This document shows, in pieces, positions 39,120 through 52,272 of a stretch of 64,000 nt of DNA. Numbering within the stretch: the stretch's first letter is position 1; the number at the start of each line of letters is the position of its first letter. A model generated the notes under the pieces. It was given only the letters and a program-made list of their open reading frames with translations. It did not search any database and was not told the origin of the DNA. The position numbers were made by a program, and so were the translations under genes. Source of the stretch: Squalus acanthias (Eukaryota); the NCBI GenBank assembly GCA_030390025.1, contig CM059432.1, positions 62,498,001 to 62,562,000 on the forward strand, written 5' to 3'.

Positions 39120-39483
39120 CAGGAAACTCTTTATTAACCGGCACCCAAATATCCGGAAATCTCTCTTAACCGGCAAAATTCTTGAGTAGGTAACCGGGGT
39201 TTTCCTTCATCTCTCGTTTAAAATTAACTTTAAAAAAAACCCCGAGGCGTTTGCCTTGTATCGGAGCGTGTAGATTGGGAGGGGAATGTGCAGCCCGGGT
39301 AGGCAGCGGACACGACAGATGGTCAGCTGGCGGTCCCCGGGGAGACGGAGCTCCGAATGCAGGCGCATGTCAATGTGTACAGGGCTCTCGTACGTTGGGA
39401 GATATAACTCTCCGTTATCCGGACTTTTTGATTAACCGGCACCACGCCGGTCCCGTCGGTGCCAGTTAATAAAGAGTTTCCTG
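39120..39483. mobile_element. pogo/Tigger-like MITE, 364 bp, copy 2 (inverted relative to copy 1)
   Basis: Same TIR, TA TSD, near-identical to 17886-18249. Confidence 0.9.
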
Positions 39484-39750
39484 TAATATTATGTAATAAT
39501 TGTGTAGGACACTCCGTATCATATTTTTTATTATATTCAAATGAAACAATGCCTCTCCACTTCTTGTAATGTATTATAATAACGTTTGCTGAAGAAACCA
39601 AGCTATGTGACCAGCTGGTGAGTACCCTGGCGTGACTCTGCAGCTTTTGGAGAGAGAAAATTAGATGGAAAATGTTTTTATCAATTTATGGCAAATATGT
39701 ATTATTTCAAACACTCGATTAGAATACTGCAGTGATTAAAGGAGAATTAC

Positions 39751-39908
39751 CTCTTTAAGGAAACTTTCAAGAGCAGCATTGCCAGCTTTTTTCATATCAG
39801 CGTTTGTATGGCCACACCATTTCGACATTGTTTCAAACAGTGTTTGGTAGCTGTCCATGAGGCAGGTGCTGAATTGGCTCGAGTGCAATGTGAACAAGCG
39901 CAACCCAG
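39751..39908 (-). CDS. PRKDC: DNA-PKcs exon 10 (158 nt)
   Basis: [26 protein letters not shown]...ALESFLKE. Confidence 0.96.
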
Positions 39909-40736
39909 CTGTACCAAAAATACAAAAAGAAGTTGAACTCTTGAGCATCCCCACAGGGATTTTTATTAGATTTCCTCTTCACAACCAGTTACAACTGTAG
40001 CGACTGCTTAATCCACAAATTTGCAAGCACATCTCAAAACAACCTTAAGTTGAATAGAGGGAGAAATCGATGGTCAGATAGAAAATATACTCTGTGGCGT
40101 GGTCTTGAACCATACAGGACATGAAGGTCCCAGATTCAATCCTTGGTATGTGCTAAGTTGGCAAATATCAGCCAGGGTGGTAACTGAGATGCTACAATCA
40201 ACTTCACATCCAGCGCAAGAGAATAATCGGCAAGGTATTCACTCCTGATCACTATCAAGTGACTCTTGCTGGAAATGAGTATGCATGAATATCCAGTGAG
40301 GACAGGATCAATTGTGATGGGCTCGATACTTCAATAGCTGGCCAATACCCAATGGTCAACCTCACACATTAAGAATGGTCACCTGGGCAAGTTACCAAAA
40401 GGGCTGCCAACCTCTTTGAATTTGTTGCCCAGCATGCATCAACACCTTCAAATGAAAAGCCAGAAGGGGAAGCGACAAGTATCTTTGCAGATTTAAACAA
40501 TGTACATAATTACTAGTTTGCAATAATTTTTTCCTGTATTTACTGTCATTAAAATCTCCTTCACTTTCACATCCTGCGTCCTAATTACATAAGGTGCAGT
40601 TTTAGATTCTTTGTGTCCACTTCCATAAATGGATGAATATTGAACCCTTTCACCTCTGCAATTACAAGAGTTTGAATTTCAAATGGTTTTTGTATCAATT
40701 TTGAAAGGTGATGTAAATTAATCAAATATATCTTAC

Positions 40737-40767
40737 CCAAAGGAACAGCATATCTCTTTATGTCAAT
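40737..40767 (-). CDS. PRKDC: DNA-PKcs exon 9 (31 nt)
   Basis: cag|IDIKRYAVPL|gtaaga. Confidence 0.93.
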
Positions 40768-41539
40768 CTGTTAAAAGAAACACAAATATATGAACAGAGC
40801 ATGCCACCCTATATTGTTATTGATTGGTAACAGTCTTCTTCAGTGCCCAGTAGCACGAGGCAGCCCATTTCTTCCACTTTTACATCCAGATGATCATGTA
40901 CCAAGTTGTTTCCATAATAAGGACCCCTTTTTATGTGAACAGGTTGTTAGCCTGACCAGGGAGAACTGGCTCGATGCAACAGGGTGGCTTGCCATTCCAC
41001 TCCCGTCAGACACAAGTTTGGATGTTTGGAGTGGGGCTCAAACCCGTAACAGTCTGATTCAGACGTGGGAATGGTATGAGTGAGCTACTCCAACTGGAAA
41101 CAGTAAATTAGGATAATAAGTGAGGTGCTGCTGTGCATGATGTTTTACCAAGCCAATGCTCATTTTAGCATTCACCTTTTCCTTGCACCAAAACGATCAC
41201 TAGCTTAGTAAAACCACCAATATCTGTGCACCTTTTGCTTATTACTACCATCAGATCTGATATCATAGCCCATTCATTAATCTGTAGGCAAAAACCAATT
41301 ACAGTAGACAGAATCTTTAAGCAGAGAGAACACAATTAAAATTATAAAAACATCCTGAATAACCATTCAAGAGGTATTACAAAGTTGGGATAGTCAAATC
41401 GCAGCATTGATGAGTCCACAGTAATCAAATTAAGGCAAGAGCACGAGATTAAGTGCTTCCAAATACTGTGTTTGAAACTCCACTTTGGAAAAAGTCATGT
41501 CTTCAGATGTCAGCTACTTGTTACATATGGTCTCCAATT

Positions 41540-44500
41540 ATTTATTTTTTTATATTCGTTCATGGGATGTGGGCGTCGCTGGCAAGACCAGCATTTATTG
41601 CCCATCCCTAGTTTCCCTCGAGAAGGTGCTGGTGAGCTGCCTTCTTGAACGGCTGCAGTCCGTGTGGTGAAGGTACTCCCACAGTGCTGTTAGGGAGGGA
41701 GTTCCAGGATTTTGACCCAGCGACGATGAAGGATCGGCGATAGACTTCTAAATCAGGATGGTGTGTGACTTGGAGGTGGTGGTGTTCACATGTGTCTGCT
41801 ACCCTTGTCCTTCTAGGTGGAAGAGGTCGCAGGTTTGGGAGGTGCTGCCGAAGAAGCCTTGGCGAGTTGCTGCAGTGCATCTTGTAGATGGTACACACTG
41901 CAGCCACGGTACGCCGGTGGTGGAGGGAGTGAATGTTTAAGGTGGTGGATGGGGTGCCAATCAAGCGGGCTGCTTTGTCCTGGATGGTGTCGAACTTGTT
42001 GTGTGCTGTTGGAGCTGCACTCATCCGGGCAAGTGGAAAGTATTCCATCACCCTCCTTACTTGTGCCTTGTAGATGGTGGAAAGGCTTTGGGGAGTCAGG
42101 AGGGGAGACACTCGCCGCAGAATACCTAGCCTCTGACCTGCTCTTGTTGCCACAGTATTTATGTGGCTGGTACAGTTAAGTTTCTGGTCAATAGTGACCC
42201 CCCAGGATGTTGATGGTGGGGGATTCAGCAATGGTAATGCCGTTGAATGTCATGGGGCGGTGGTTAGACTCTCGCTTGTTGGAGATAGTCATTGCCTGGC
42301 ACTTGTGTGGCACGAATGTTACCTGCTACTTATCAGCCCAAGCCTGAACGTCCTCCAGGTCTTGTTGCATGCGGGCATGGACTGCTTCATTATCTGAGGA
42401 GTTGTGAATGGCACTGAACACTGTGCAGTCATCAGCAAACATCCCCATTTCTGACCTTATGTTGGAGGGAAGGTCATTGATGAAGCAGCTAAAGATGGTT
42501 GGGCCTTGGACACTGCCCTGAGGAACTCCTGCAGCAATGTCCTGGGGCTGTGATGATTGACCTTCAACCACCACAACCATTTTCCTTTGTGCTCGGTATG
42601 ACTCAAGCCAGTGGAGAGTTTTCCCCCCCCGATTCCCATTGACTTCAGTTTTACTAGGGCTCCTTGATGCCACACTCGGCCTTGATGTCAAGGGCAGTCA
42701 CTCTCACCTCACCTCTGGAATTCAGCTCCTTTGTCCATGTTTGGACCAAAGCTGGAATGAGGTCAGGAGCCTAGTTGTCTTGGTGGAACCCAAACTGGGC
42801 ATCAGTGAGCAGGTTATTGGTGAGTAAGTGCCGCTTGATAACGCTGTCGATGACACCTTCCATCACTTTGCTGATGATTGAGAGTAGACTGATGGGGCGG
42901 TAATTGGCCGGATTGGATTTGTCCTGCTTTTTGTGGGCAGTTTACCACATTATCGGATAAATGCCTGCATTGTAGCTGTACTGGAACAGCTTGGTTAGAG
43001 GCGCAACTAGTTCTGGAGCACAAGTCTTCAGCACGACAGCCGGGATGTTGTCGGGGCCCACAGCCTTTGCTGTATCCAGTGCGTTCAGCCGTTTCTTGAT
43101 ATCACGTGGAGTGAATCGAATTGGCTGAAGACTGGCTTCTGTGATGATGGAAGCAGATATGGATCATCCACTCGGCACTTCTGGCTGAAGATGGTTGCAA
43201 ACGCTTCAGCCTTGTCTTTTGCACTCATGTGCTGAGCTCCACCATCATTGAGGATGGGGATATTCATGGAGCCTTCTCCTCTTGTTAGTTGTTTAATGGT
43301 CCACCACCATTCACGACTCGATGTGGCAGGACTGCAAAGCCTTGATCTGATCCGTTGGTTGTGGGATCGCTTAGCCCTGTCTATAGCATGCTGCTTCTGC
43401 TTTTTAGCATGCATGTAGTCCTGTGTTGCAGCTTCCCCAGGTTGGCACCTCATTTTTAGGTATGCCTGGTGCTGCTCCTGGCATGCTCTTCTACACTCCT
43501 TACTGAACCAGGGTTGGTCCCCTGGCTTGATGGTAATGGTAGAGTGAGGGATATGCCAGGCCATGAGGTTACAGATTGTGGTGGAATACAATTCTGCTGC
43601 TGCTGATGGCCCACAGCACCTCTTGGATGCCCAGTTTTGAGCTGCTAGATCTGTTCTGAATCTATCCCATTTAGCACGGTGGTAGTGCCACACAACATGA
43701 TGGAGGGTGTCCTCAGTGTGAAGACGTGACTTGGTCTCCACAATGACTGTGCGTCACTGCTACCAATGGACAGATGCAGCTGCAACAGTTAGATTGGGGA
43801 GGACGAGGTCAAGTAGGTTTTTCCCTCGTGTTGGTTCTCTCACCACCTGTCGCAGGCCCAGACTGGCAGCCATGTCCTTCAGGACTTGGCCAGCTCGGTC
43901 ACTAGTGGTGCGACCGAGCCACTTTTGGTGATGGACATTGAAGTCCCCCACCCAGAGTACATTTTGTGCCCTTGCTACTTTCAGTGCTTCTTCCAAGTGG
44001 TGTTCAACATGGAGCAGTACTGATTCATCAGCTGAGGGAGGGCGTTAGGTGGTAATCAGCAGGAGGTTTCCTTGCCCATACTTGACCTGAAGCCATGAGA
44101 CTTCATGGGGTCTGGAGTCAATATGAGGACTCCCAGGGCCACTCCTTCCCGACTGTATACCACTGTGCCACCACCCCTGCTGGATCTGTCCTGCCGGTGG
44201 AACAGGACATAGCCAAGGATGGTGGAGGTATTTGGGACATTGGCTGAAAGGTATGATTCTGTGAGTATGACTATGTCAGGCTGTTGCTTGACTCGTCTGT
44301 GGGACAGCTCTCCCAATTTTGGCACAAGTCCCCAGATGATGGTGAGGAGGACTTTACAGGGTTGACTGGGCTGGGTGTGCCGTTGCCGTGTCCATAGCCG
44401 GTGCCGAGGTTGATGCCGGGTGGTCCGTCCGGTTTTATTCTTATTGTGTTTCGTAGCGGTTTCTTACAACTGAGTGGCTTGCTAGGCCATTTCAGAGGGC

Positions 44501-44680
44501 AGTTAAGAGTCAAACACAGTGCTGTGGGTCTGGAGTCACATATAAACCAGACCAGGTAAGGACGGCAGATTTCCTTCCCGAGGACATTAGTGAACCAGAT
44601 GGGTTTTACGACAATCCGATAGTTTCAAGGTTACCATTACTGATACAAGCTTTTAATTCTAGATTTATTTAATTATTTAA
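41540..44680 (-). mobile_element. EN+RT LINE copy C, near full length, frameshifted
   Basis: PKLGELSHR..QQPDIVILTESYL through RT and 3' end; 5' UTR present but head missing. Confidence 0.9.
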
Positions 44681-44858
44681 TGTCGCTCTACCACCTCTGT
44701 ACTTCCTAAACTTCAAATTATGGATCAAATTATGTCTGAATCGATATTGATATTTCTGCTCCAAGATTTCTCAATTCCCCCAAGGCAATATTTAATCAGT
44801 TATCCTTCCAGTTGACAGGCATTTATCTACACATAACGTCCAGCAATTTAGAACTAAC

Positions 44859-44914
44859 CTGCAGATTTATGGCTTTCACTGCATAGTCAAAAATATCCCT
44901 TGATGTTCTTGGAT
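44859..44914 (-). CDS. PRKDC: DNA-PKcs exon 8 (56 nt)
   Basis: DPRTSRDIFDYAVKAINLQ. Confidence 0.95.
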
Positions 44915-45008
44915 CTAAAAAGTATATTTGCAAATTGTTATTTTTTTTCCACATGGCTGGAGTGCATTAAGCATTTATATCTCAATATAATTTAAACAAG
45001 AAACCCAC

Positions 45009-45108
45009 CTTCCTCTACAGATTTCGTGAAGTTTACCATAAGTGCTATTAACCCTCTAAGGCATCCCGATACCACTAGAAGCTTTGGCTCTCTTGTTGCA
45101 GAGGTCAT
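45009..45108 (-). CDS. PRKDC: DNA-PKcs exon 7 (100 nt)
   Basis: [33 protein letters not shown]. Confidence 0.96.
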
Positions 45109-46250
45109 CTGAGGAATTAGAAATAGTAAACACATTTATAAAGAATGGCTTAACAATTTTACAACACAAAAGGAACCAAGAACATCTTCCCCAGTGAGCT
45201 GCTTTCTTAAAACACTTGTTTACAGAACACTGCCACAATTCCTTCCACCTTAGCAGCAGATTGACTGTGAACTACATATCACTCCTGTCCTTATAAAACA
45301 ATGTATCCTCCAACTTACCTTGGGCAAATCTATGGGAGATTGGCAATGCATTGAAAAAAGTGAGTAAACAGATCACTTTCAAATTTGTTTTTCTATGAGA
45401 TAATCAACAAAAAGGCAATTTCCTATCAGCACCAAGAAAGGACAGATGGTAGGCAATTACTGCAGAGGACAAGGAAAGCACAGAACAAATTACCGCAGAC
45501 CATTTTCACACACTTGTTTTTATAATTGAGAAATTTAGGTTAAGGACCAACGTCTATAGTACAGAACACTGCCAAATCTGATGCCAAGCCTGGGTTATTA
45601 AAAAGTCTTAAAATTGTAAAAGGAAGGAAAGATTGAAGGAAGTAAGGAGTTTCACAGTTTTGAAGCCATTGGAAAGAACAGGGGAATGAGGTGATAAGTC
45701 TTCCATAGTGAGGATGCAAGGAGAGGGAAGCCATTGTATTTGGAGTCCAGAAGGCACAGGCGATTTTATCCTATTGGACAGAATGGAAAAAGCCTGGAAG
45801 CATGCTGCTTGCCCACCCTCTTGGACAGAGAATGGTTCCGGTGTATTCAAGATTTTAAAGGGTACAGACAAGATAAATGTCAATATTAACATCGTCACAG
45901 ATCCTACAAGACAGGACAGCATCAAACGTAGAAGAGGAAGGGTGAAATTATAGTTTAGATTTAACTAGATTATGTAGAGAGTGGTGAATGTATGGATGGA
46001 ATGGACTGGCAAGGGAGTGAATAGGCAAGAGAGTGTTCAGTAAGTACCTGGAGGGAAAAAAAATGATAGAGGATTTTGAACGTTCCTAAATATTGGGACC
46101 AGTCAGATGGACTGCTATGGTCTTTTCCAGTTCTGTAAATTCTTATATCTGGTGCAAAGAAGACTTAGAGGAGAGGTAAAACAATAAACTAAGCAATGGT
46201 TGAAAACAAAATCTTACATAAAACAACAAAGGGGAGGATTTCAAACTCAC

Positions 46251-46363
46251 CTGTGTTTTCAACTCACTTAAGTAAGCACGAAAGAGTTTTTCTGAATTAT
46301 CAAGCATCTCAGTCGGCTGTACTTCTGCTAAAACCCCCAACAGCTCATATACCTTCTCCAACA
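46251..46363 (-). CDS. PRKDC: DNA-PKcs exon 6 (113 nt)
   Basis: [38 protein letters not shown]. Confidence 0.96.
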
Positions 46364-47229
46364 CTATGAAGACAAATAAATATTAATGCAATTATATAAA
46401 TGTTTTATATAAATAATGTAACTGTTAGGTATCTTAAACAGTTGTAAACAGATGGGGGCCAGATTAAGTAAACAGATAAAGTACCTATACCCACTCGAGA
46501 CCAAAGAGATTGCTGTTCCATCAAATCTTGCTCAGCAAGGTGAGGGATGTTTTAGTGCTGGAATGGAAGGCTTTCCAATGCACCACTGTATCATTTTTTT
46601 CTATTTCCCATGCCAAACACCCCATTCCCTCTCTGAGTAACATTGCCAGTCTGACAGCAATAAACATTCCTAAATCAACGACAGCACTGATGAATTACAA
46701 CACGGACCTCCACTACATTACATGCATTAACCAAAGCTCTGCTCTGCATACCCCTCCACCTTCACCCACTGCACTGGCAGGTCACCTCCTTTTCCCACAG
46801 TCTGTCTTTATTGACCTCTGAGAGGAAGACTTGATAGTTCTCACTGTTTCGGTCAAGGAATTGTGACCAACATACATCGCTTTGAGTGCCAGTTACACTG
46901 CATTCCACTTTACAGTGCAGAGACCTAGGGGGAGGTTTCCACTGTTTAATGGCAGCAGAGGCAGAAACAGACACTAAAACTGTCAGAATACAGGAGATAA
47001 GCTGAAACTGCCACATTTTGTGTTTTTTCCATAATTATAGTTTTCCTAAACTATAATGGGCATAAACTGGCATAAAACATTATTTTTTAAATCTGCTGTT
47101 GCTTTCTAAGGCCTTGTTAGCATGATTATTCACAGCGTGAGAAAAAAAGTACAGGTATATGGATCAGAAATTTGTTACCTTTTGTGCTTCACAGGAAATA
47201 TGTTTAAAAAGCAACAAAAACAAACTCAC

Positions 47230-47329
47230 CTGTGTCTGGAAGTTTGCTCTTCTGTGCCAATTCCCCATAGAATTTGTTGAACATTTCTCCGATTTTAAAT
47301 TCTTGAAGACAGGTTTTACTGCGCAACAG
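47230..47329 (-). CDS. PRKDC: DNA-PKcs exon 5 (100 nt)
   Basis: [33 protein letters not shown]; donor GTGAGT; acceptor is the only nearby in-frame AG. Confidence 0.88.
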
Positions 47330-48224
47330 CTGAAATTTCAACATAATGTTACTTCACCTTTTTTTTAATTAATAAAAATAGCAAATAACATGACATGCTT
47401 CAGTTGTTAAAAGTGCTACATTTATATCTCACGTTAGTTTTTGGCATTATTAGACTTACCTTAGAAAACAAGATTACAACCCATCACTTCAATGGCACAA
47501 CATGATCATAATGTTTTTGCACTGGAGCTGAATGCCAAATCTCACTGCCAAAGCACAATACCAGTGGAGTATTTTTCACCTAATGTTACGTGACAGGCAT
47601 TTAACACTGTAAATACCTGTCACAGCACCATCTACAGGTGTAACAAGTATTACAGCTAAATGCTTGCACTTTTAAAATTAGTTTTCCCACTGATGAAGCC
47701 TGACTGACATAGCTTTCACTGCATTTTGAGATGGAATATTACAGCCCATTCAATATATTTAATATATAATAGGTATATTTATTTCTAACTAATGTATTCA
47801 ATTTTAAGTTATTTTTTCCTTGCTCGTTTTTCCTGGTCTTCCACTGTCCATTTTACAGGTGGAAGCTATATTAATGGAAATGAACCTATCAGAGCATGTT
47901 TTAAAACATCAAAAGCACAAACACCTCATCACGTTTCAAAACTCTTCACAGACAATTATTTTAAAGTGCAATCACTGTGCTTATGTTGGCAAATGTGACA
48001 GCCACTTTTCCCTCCTTTTTTAGTTTTACACTCCTCAAGATGAAGGATGTTAGTGCTGATGAACGGAACAAATTTTCATTTCAGGCATCCATGGTCAGGT
48101 ACAGTAAAGCCAAATACAGGTAAAGCTCTCTCTACTCAGCCCCAACTTTCATCAGTTGCACAAACTACGATGAGATGACTGAGAAGTTGATCTGTTTAAG
48201 TGGTATTGTTTAAGGGGAGAACAT

Positions 48225-48478
48225 GAGCTAGGAAACGGGAAGAAGTCACTGCTCTTCTCTGAATACTGCCATGGGAAATTTACTGTACAACTGAAATTAG
48301 TAGACCAGGCCTCGATTTAACATTTTATCCTAAGGACGGCACCTCCAACAATGTAATATTCTCTGAGTACTGCACTGAAGTGTCAGCCTAGATTATGTGC
48401 TCAAACCTGAGAGTGGGAATTGAATGCACAACCTTCTGCCCCAGAAGCAAAAGAGCCACCAACTTAACCAAACTGACA
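48225..48478 (-). mobile_element. Degenerate DeuSINE (SacSINE1-like)
   Basis: Reverse-complement similarity to 53295-53540. Confidence 0.6.
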
Positions 48479-48695
48479 CAAATACTAGAAGATAAATTAT
48501 CTCACCCACAACATACCGAGATGAGATAATGCATATATAGCACTCAAAGGATTAACATTCATTCCTGAATTGTAATCCATAAATACTTTTTTAAAAACCA
48601 TCTATTTTTTTAAAAACATAGTGACTGCACTTAGAGAAAATTAATTGCCTGTGAAACACTCCCACACTGAATGCAATGAGGCAAAAGGATCTTAC

Positions 48696-48770
48696 CACAA
48701 GAAGAAGGTCTAAGGCAGCAGCCTTACATTTTGCGGCCCTTTCTTTGGTGTACACCACAAGACACATGTC
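48696..48770 (-). CDS. PRKDC: DNA-PKcs exon 4 (75 nt)
   Basis: DMCLVVYTKERAAKCKAAALDLLLV, AG/GT flanks. Confidence 0.95.
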
Positions 48771-49049
48771 CTAAGAAAATATAGAAAGGTATTATACGTA
48801 CATATTGTTCTCTTTCACACAGAGTTTGTCATAATAATCCAGTAAATTTATTCAAGAATATGACAGCAGCTCAAAACTTTGCTTCAGTTTTTCCTACGTT
48901 AAAGAAATTTCAAGAGCAAGTCTGCATGATATCCAGTACATTTTACCACATGAAAAATGCAGTTACTGTTCTTTCCCTCAACAACATTTTGGTAACTAAA
49001 TTCTACCAGACTATCATGCTTCAAACAATACGTAAAATAATCTAGTACT

Positions 49050-52000
49050 ATTCATTCCTGGGATGTAGGCGCTGCATTTATTGCCCATCCCCAATTGCCC
49101 TTGAGGAGGTGGTGGTGAGCCGTCTTCTTGAACCACTGCAGTCCGTGCGATGAAGGTACTCCCACAGTGCTGTTAGGGAGGGAGTTCCAGGATTTTGACC
49201 CAGCGACAATGAAGGATCGGCGATATATTTCCAAGTCAGGATAGTGTGTGACTTGAAGGGGAACTTGGAGGTGGCGGTGTTCCCATGCGCCTGCTGCCCT
49301 TGTCCTTCTAGATGGTAGAGGTCGCGGGTTTGGGAGATGCTGCTGAAGAAGCCTTGGTGAGTTGCTGCAGTGCATCTTGTAGATGGTACACACTGCAGCC
49401 ACGGTACGCTGGTGGTGGAGGGAGTGAATGTTTAAGGCGGTGAATGGGGTACCAATCAAGCGGGCTGCTTTGTCTTGGATGGTGTCGAGCTTCTTGAGTG
49501 TTGTTGGAGCTGCACTCATCCAGGTGCGTGGAGAGTATTCCATCACACTCCTGATTTGTGCCTTGTAGATGATGAGTAAGGAGGTGAGACACTCGCCACA
49601 GAATACCTAGCCTCTGACCTGCTCTTGTAGCCACTGTATTTAAGTGGCTGGTGCAGTTAAGTTTCTGGTCAATGGTGACCCCCCCAGGACGTTGATCTTG
49701 GGGGATTCGGCGATGGTAATGCCGTTGAATGTCATGGGGCAGTGGTTAGACTCTCGCTTGTTGGAGATTGGCATTGCCTGGCACTTGGGTGGCACGAATG
49801 TTACTTGCCACTTATTAGCCCAAGCGTGAATGTCATCTAGGTCTTGCTGCATGTGGACATGGACTGCTCCATTATCTGAGGAGTTGCGAATGGAACTGAA
49901 CACTGTGCAATCATCAGTGAACATCCCCACTTGTGACCTTAAGATGGAGGGAAGATCACCGATGAAGCAGCTGAAGATGGTTGGGCCTAGGACACTGCTC
50001 TGAGGAACTCCTGCAGCGATGTCCTGGGGCTGAGATGATTGACCTCCAACAACCACAACCATATTCCTTTGTGCTAGGTATGACTCGAGCCAGTGGAGAG
50101 TTTTCCCCGATTCCCATTGACTTCAATTTTACTGGGGCTCCTAGATGCCACATTTGGGCAAATGCTGCCTTGATATCAAGGGCAGTCACTCTCACCTCAC
50201 CTCTGGAATTCAGCTCTTTTGTCCATGTTTGAACCAAGGCTGCAATGAGGTCTGGAGCCGAGTGGTCCTGGTGGAACCCAAACTGAACATCGATGAGCAG
50301 GTTATTGGTGAGTAAGTGCCGCTTAATAACACTGTCGATGACACCTTCCATCACTTTGCTGATGATTGAGAGTAGACTGATGGAGCGATAATTGGCTGGA
50401 TTGGATATTGGATTTGTCCTGCTGTTTGTGGAGAGGACATACCTGGACAGTTTTCCACATTGTCAAGTAGATGCCAGTGTTGTAACTGTACTGGAACAGC
50501 TTGGCTAGAGGTGCGGCTAGTTCTGGAGCACAAGTCTTCAGCACGACAGCCGGGATGTTGCCGGGGCCCATAGCCTTTGCTGTATCCAGTGCGCTCAGCC
50601 ATTTCTTGATATCACATGAAGTAAATCGAAGTGGCTGAAGACTGGCTTCTGTGATGGTGGGGACCTCAGGAGGAGGCAGAGTTGGATCATCCACTCGGCA
50701 TTTCGGGCTGAAGATGGTTGCAAACGCTTCAGCCTTGTCTTTTGCACTCATGTGTTGGGCTCCGCCATCATTGAGGATGGGGATATTCATGAAGCCTCCT
50801 CCTCCCGTTAGTTGGTTAATGGTCCACCACCATTCACGACTGGATGTGACAGGACTGCAGAGCTTTGATCTGATCCGTTGGTTGTGGGACCACTTAGCCC
50901 TGTCTATAGCATGCTGCTTCCGCTGCTTAGCGTGCATGTAGTCCTGTGTTGCAGCTTCCCCAGGTTAGCACCTCATTTTTAGGTACGCCTGGTGCTGCTA
51001 CTGGCATGCTCTTCTACACTGCTCATTGAACCAGGGTTGGTCCCCTGGCTTGATGGTAATGGTAGAGTAACGGATATGCTGGGCCATGAGGTTACAGATT
51101 GTGGCGGAATACAATTCTGCTGCTGCTGATGGCCCACAGCGCCTCATGGATGCCCAGTTTTGAGCTGCTAGATCTGTTCTGAATCTATCCCATTTAGCAC
51201 GGTGGTAGTGCCACACAACACGATGGAGGGTGTCCTCAGTGTGTAGATCGGACTTCGTCTCCACAGGGACTGCACAGTGGTCTCTGCTACCAATACTGTC
51301 ATGGACAGATGCATCTGCGACAGGTAGATTGGTGAGGACGAGGTCAAGTAGGTTTTTCCCTCATGTTGGTTCTCTCACCACCTGTCGCAGGCCCAGTCTG
51401 GCAGCTGTGTCTTCAGGACTTGGCCAGCTCAGTAGGTAGTGGTGCTACCGAGCCACTCTTGGTTGAAGTCCCCCACCCAGAGTACATTCTGTGCCCTTGG
51501 TACTCTCAGTGCTTCTTCCAAGTGGTGTTCAACATGGAGGAGTACTGATTCATCAACTGAGGGAAGGCGGTAGGTGGTAATCAGCAGGAGGTTTCCTTGC
51601 CTATGCTTGACCTGAAGCCATGAGACTTCAGTCAATGTTGAGGACTCCCAGGGCCACTCCCTCCCGATTGTATACCACTGAGCCGCCACCCAGGTGGGTC
51701 TGTCCTGTCCTGTGGGATGGTGATGGAGGAGTTTGGGACATTGGCTGAGAGGTATGATTCTGTGAGTATGAATATGTCAGGTTGTTGCTTGACTAGTCTG
51801 TGTGACAGCTCTCCCAATTTAGGCACAAGTCCCCAGATGTTGGTGAGGAGGACTTTGCAGGGTCGACTGGGCTGGGTGTGCCGTTGTCGTGTCCAGTGCT
51901 CCATCCAATTTTATTCTTATTATTGTGTTTCGTAGCGGTTAGTTACAACTGAGTGGCTTGCTAGGCCATTTCAGAGGGCAGTTAAGAGTCAACCACATTG

Positions 52001-52272
52001 CTGTGGGTCTGGAGTCACATATAGGCCAGACCAAGTAAAGACAGCAGATTTCCTTCCCTAAAGGACATTAGTGAACCAGATTCTGTTTTTACGACAATCT
52101 GATAGTTGCATGGTTACCATTACTGATACTAGCTTTTTATTCCAGATTTATTTAATTAACTGAATTTAAATTCCCCAGCTGCCGTGGTGGGATTTGAACT
52201 CACGTTCCTGGATCATTGGTCCAGGCCACTGGATTACTAGCCCAGTAACATTACCGCTATGCTACTGTTTCC
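49050..52272 (-). mobile_element. EN+RT LINE copy D, apparently full length, with tRNA-like head
   Basis: VLLTNIWGLVPKLGEL..EN, RT and C-terminal fragments; A box 52254-52264, B box 52189-52199. Confidence 0.9.

Noticed and set aside
5365..52272. Orientation bias of the ORF1-less LINE family (five copies on the PRKDC sense strand)
   Set aside because: Too few copies, and a plus-strand 3' fragment exists near 9400-9453
52189..52272. Genuine tRNA genes here and at 19617-19700, 26020-26091, 53295-53365
   Set aside because: A/B boxes are present but embedded in SINE/LINE bodies without a convincing cloverleaf
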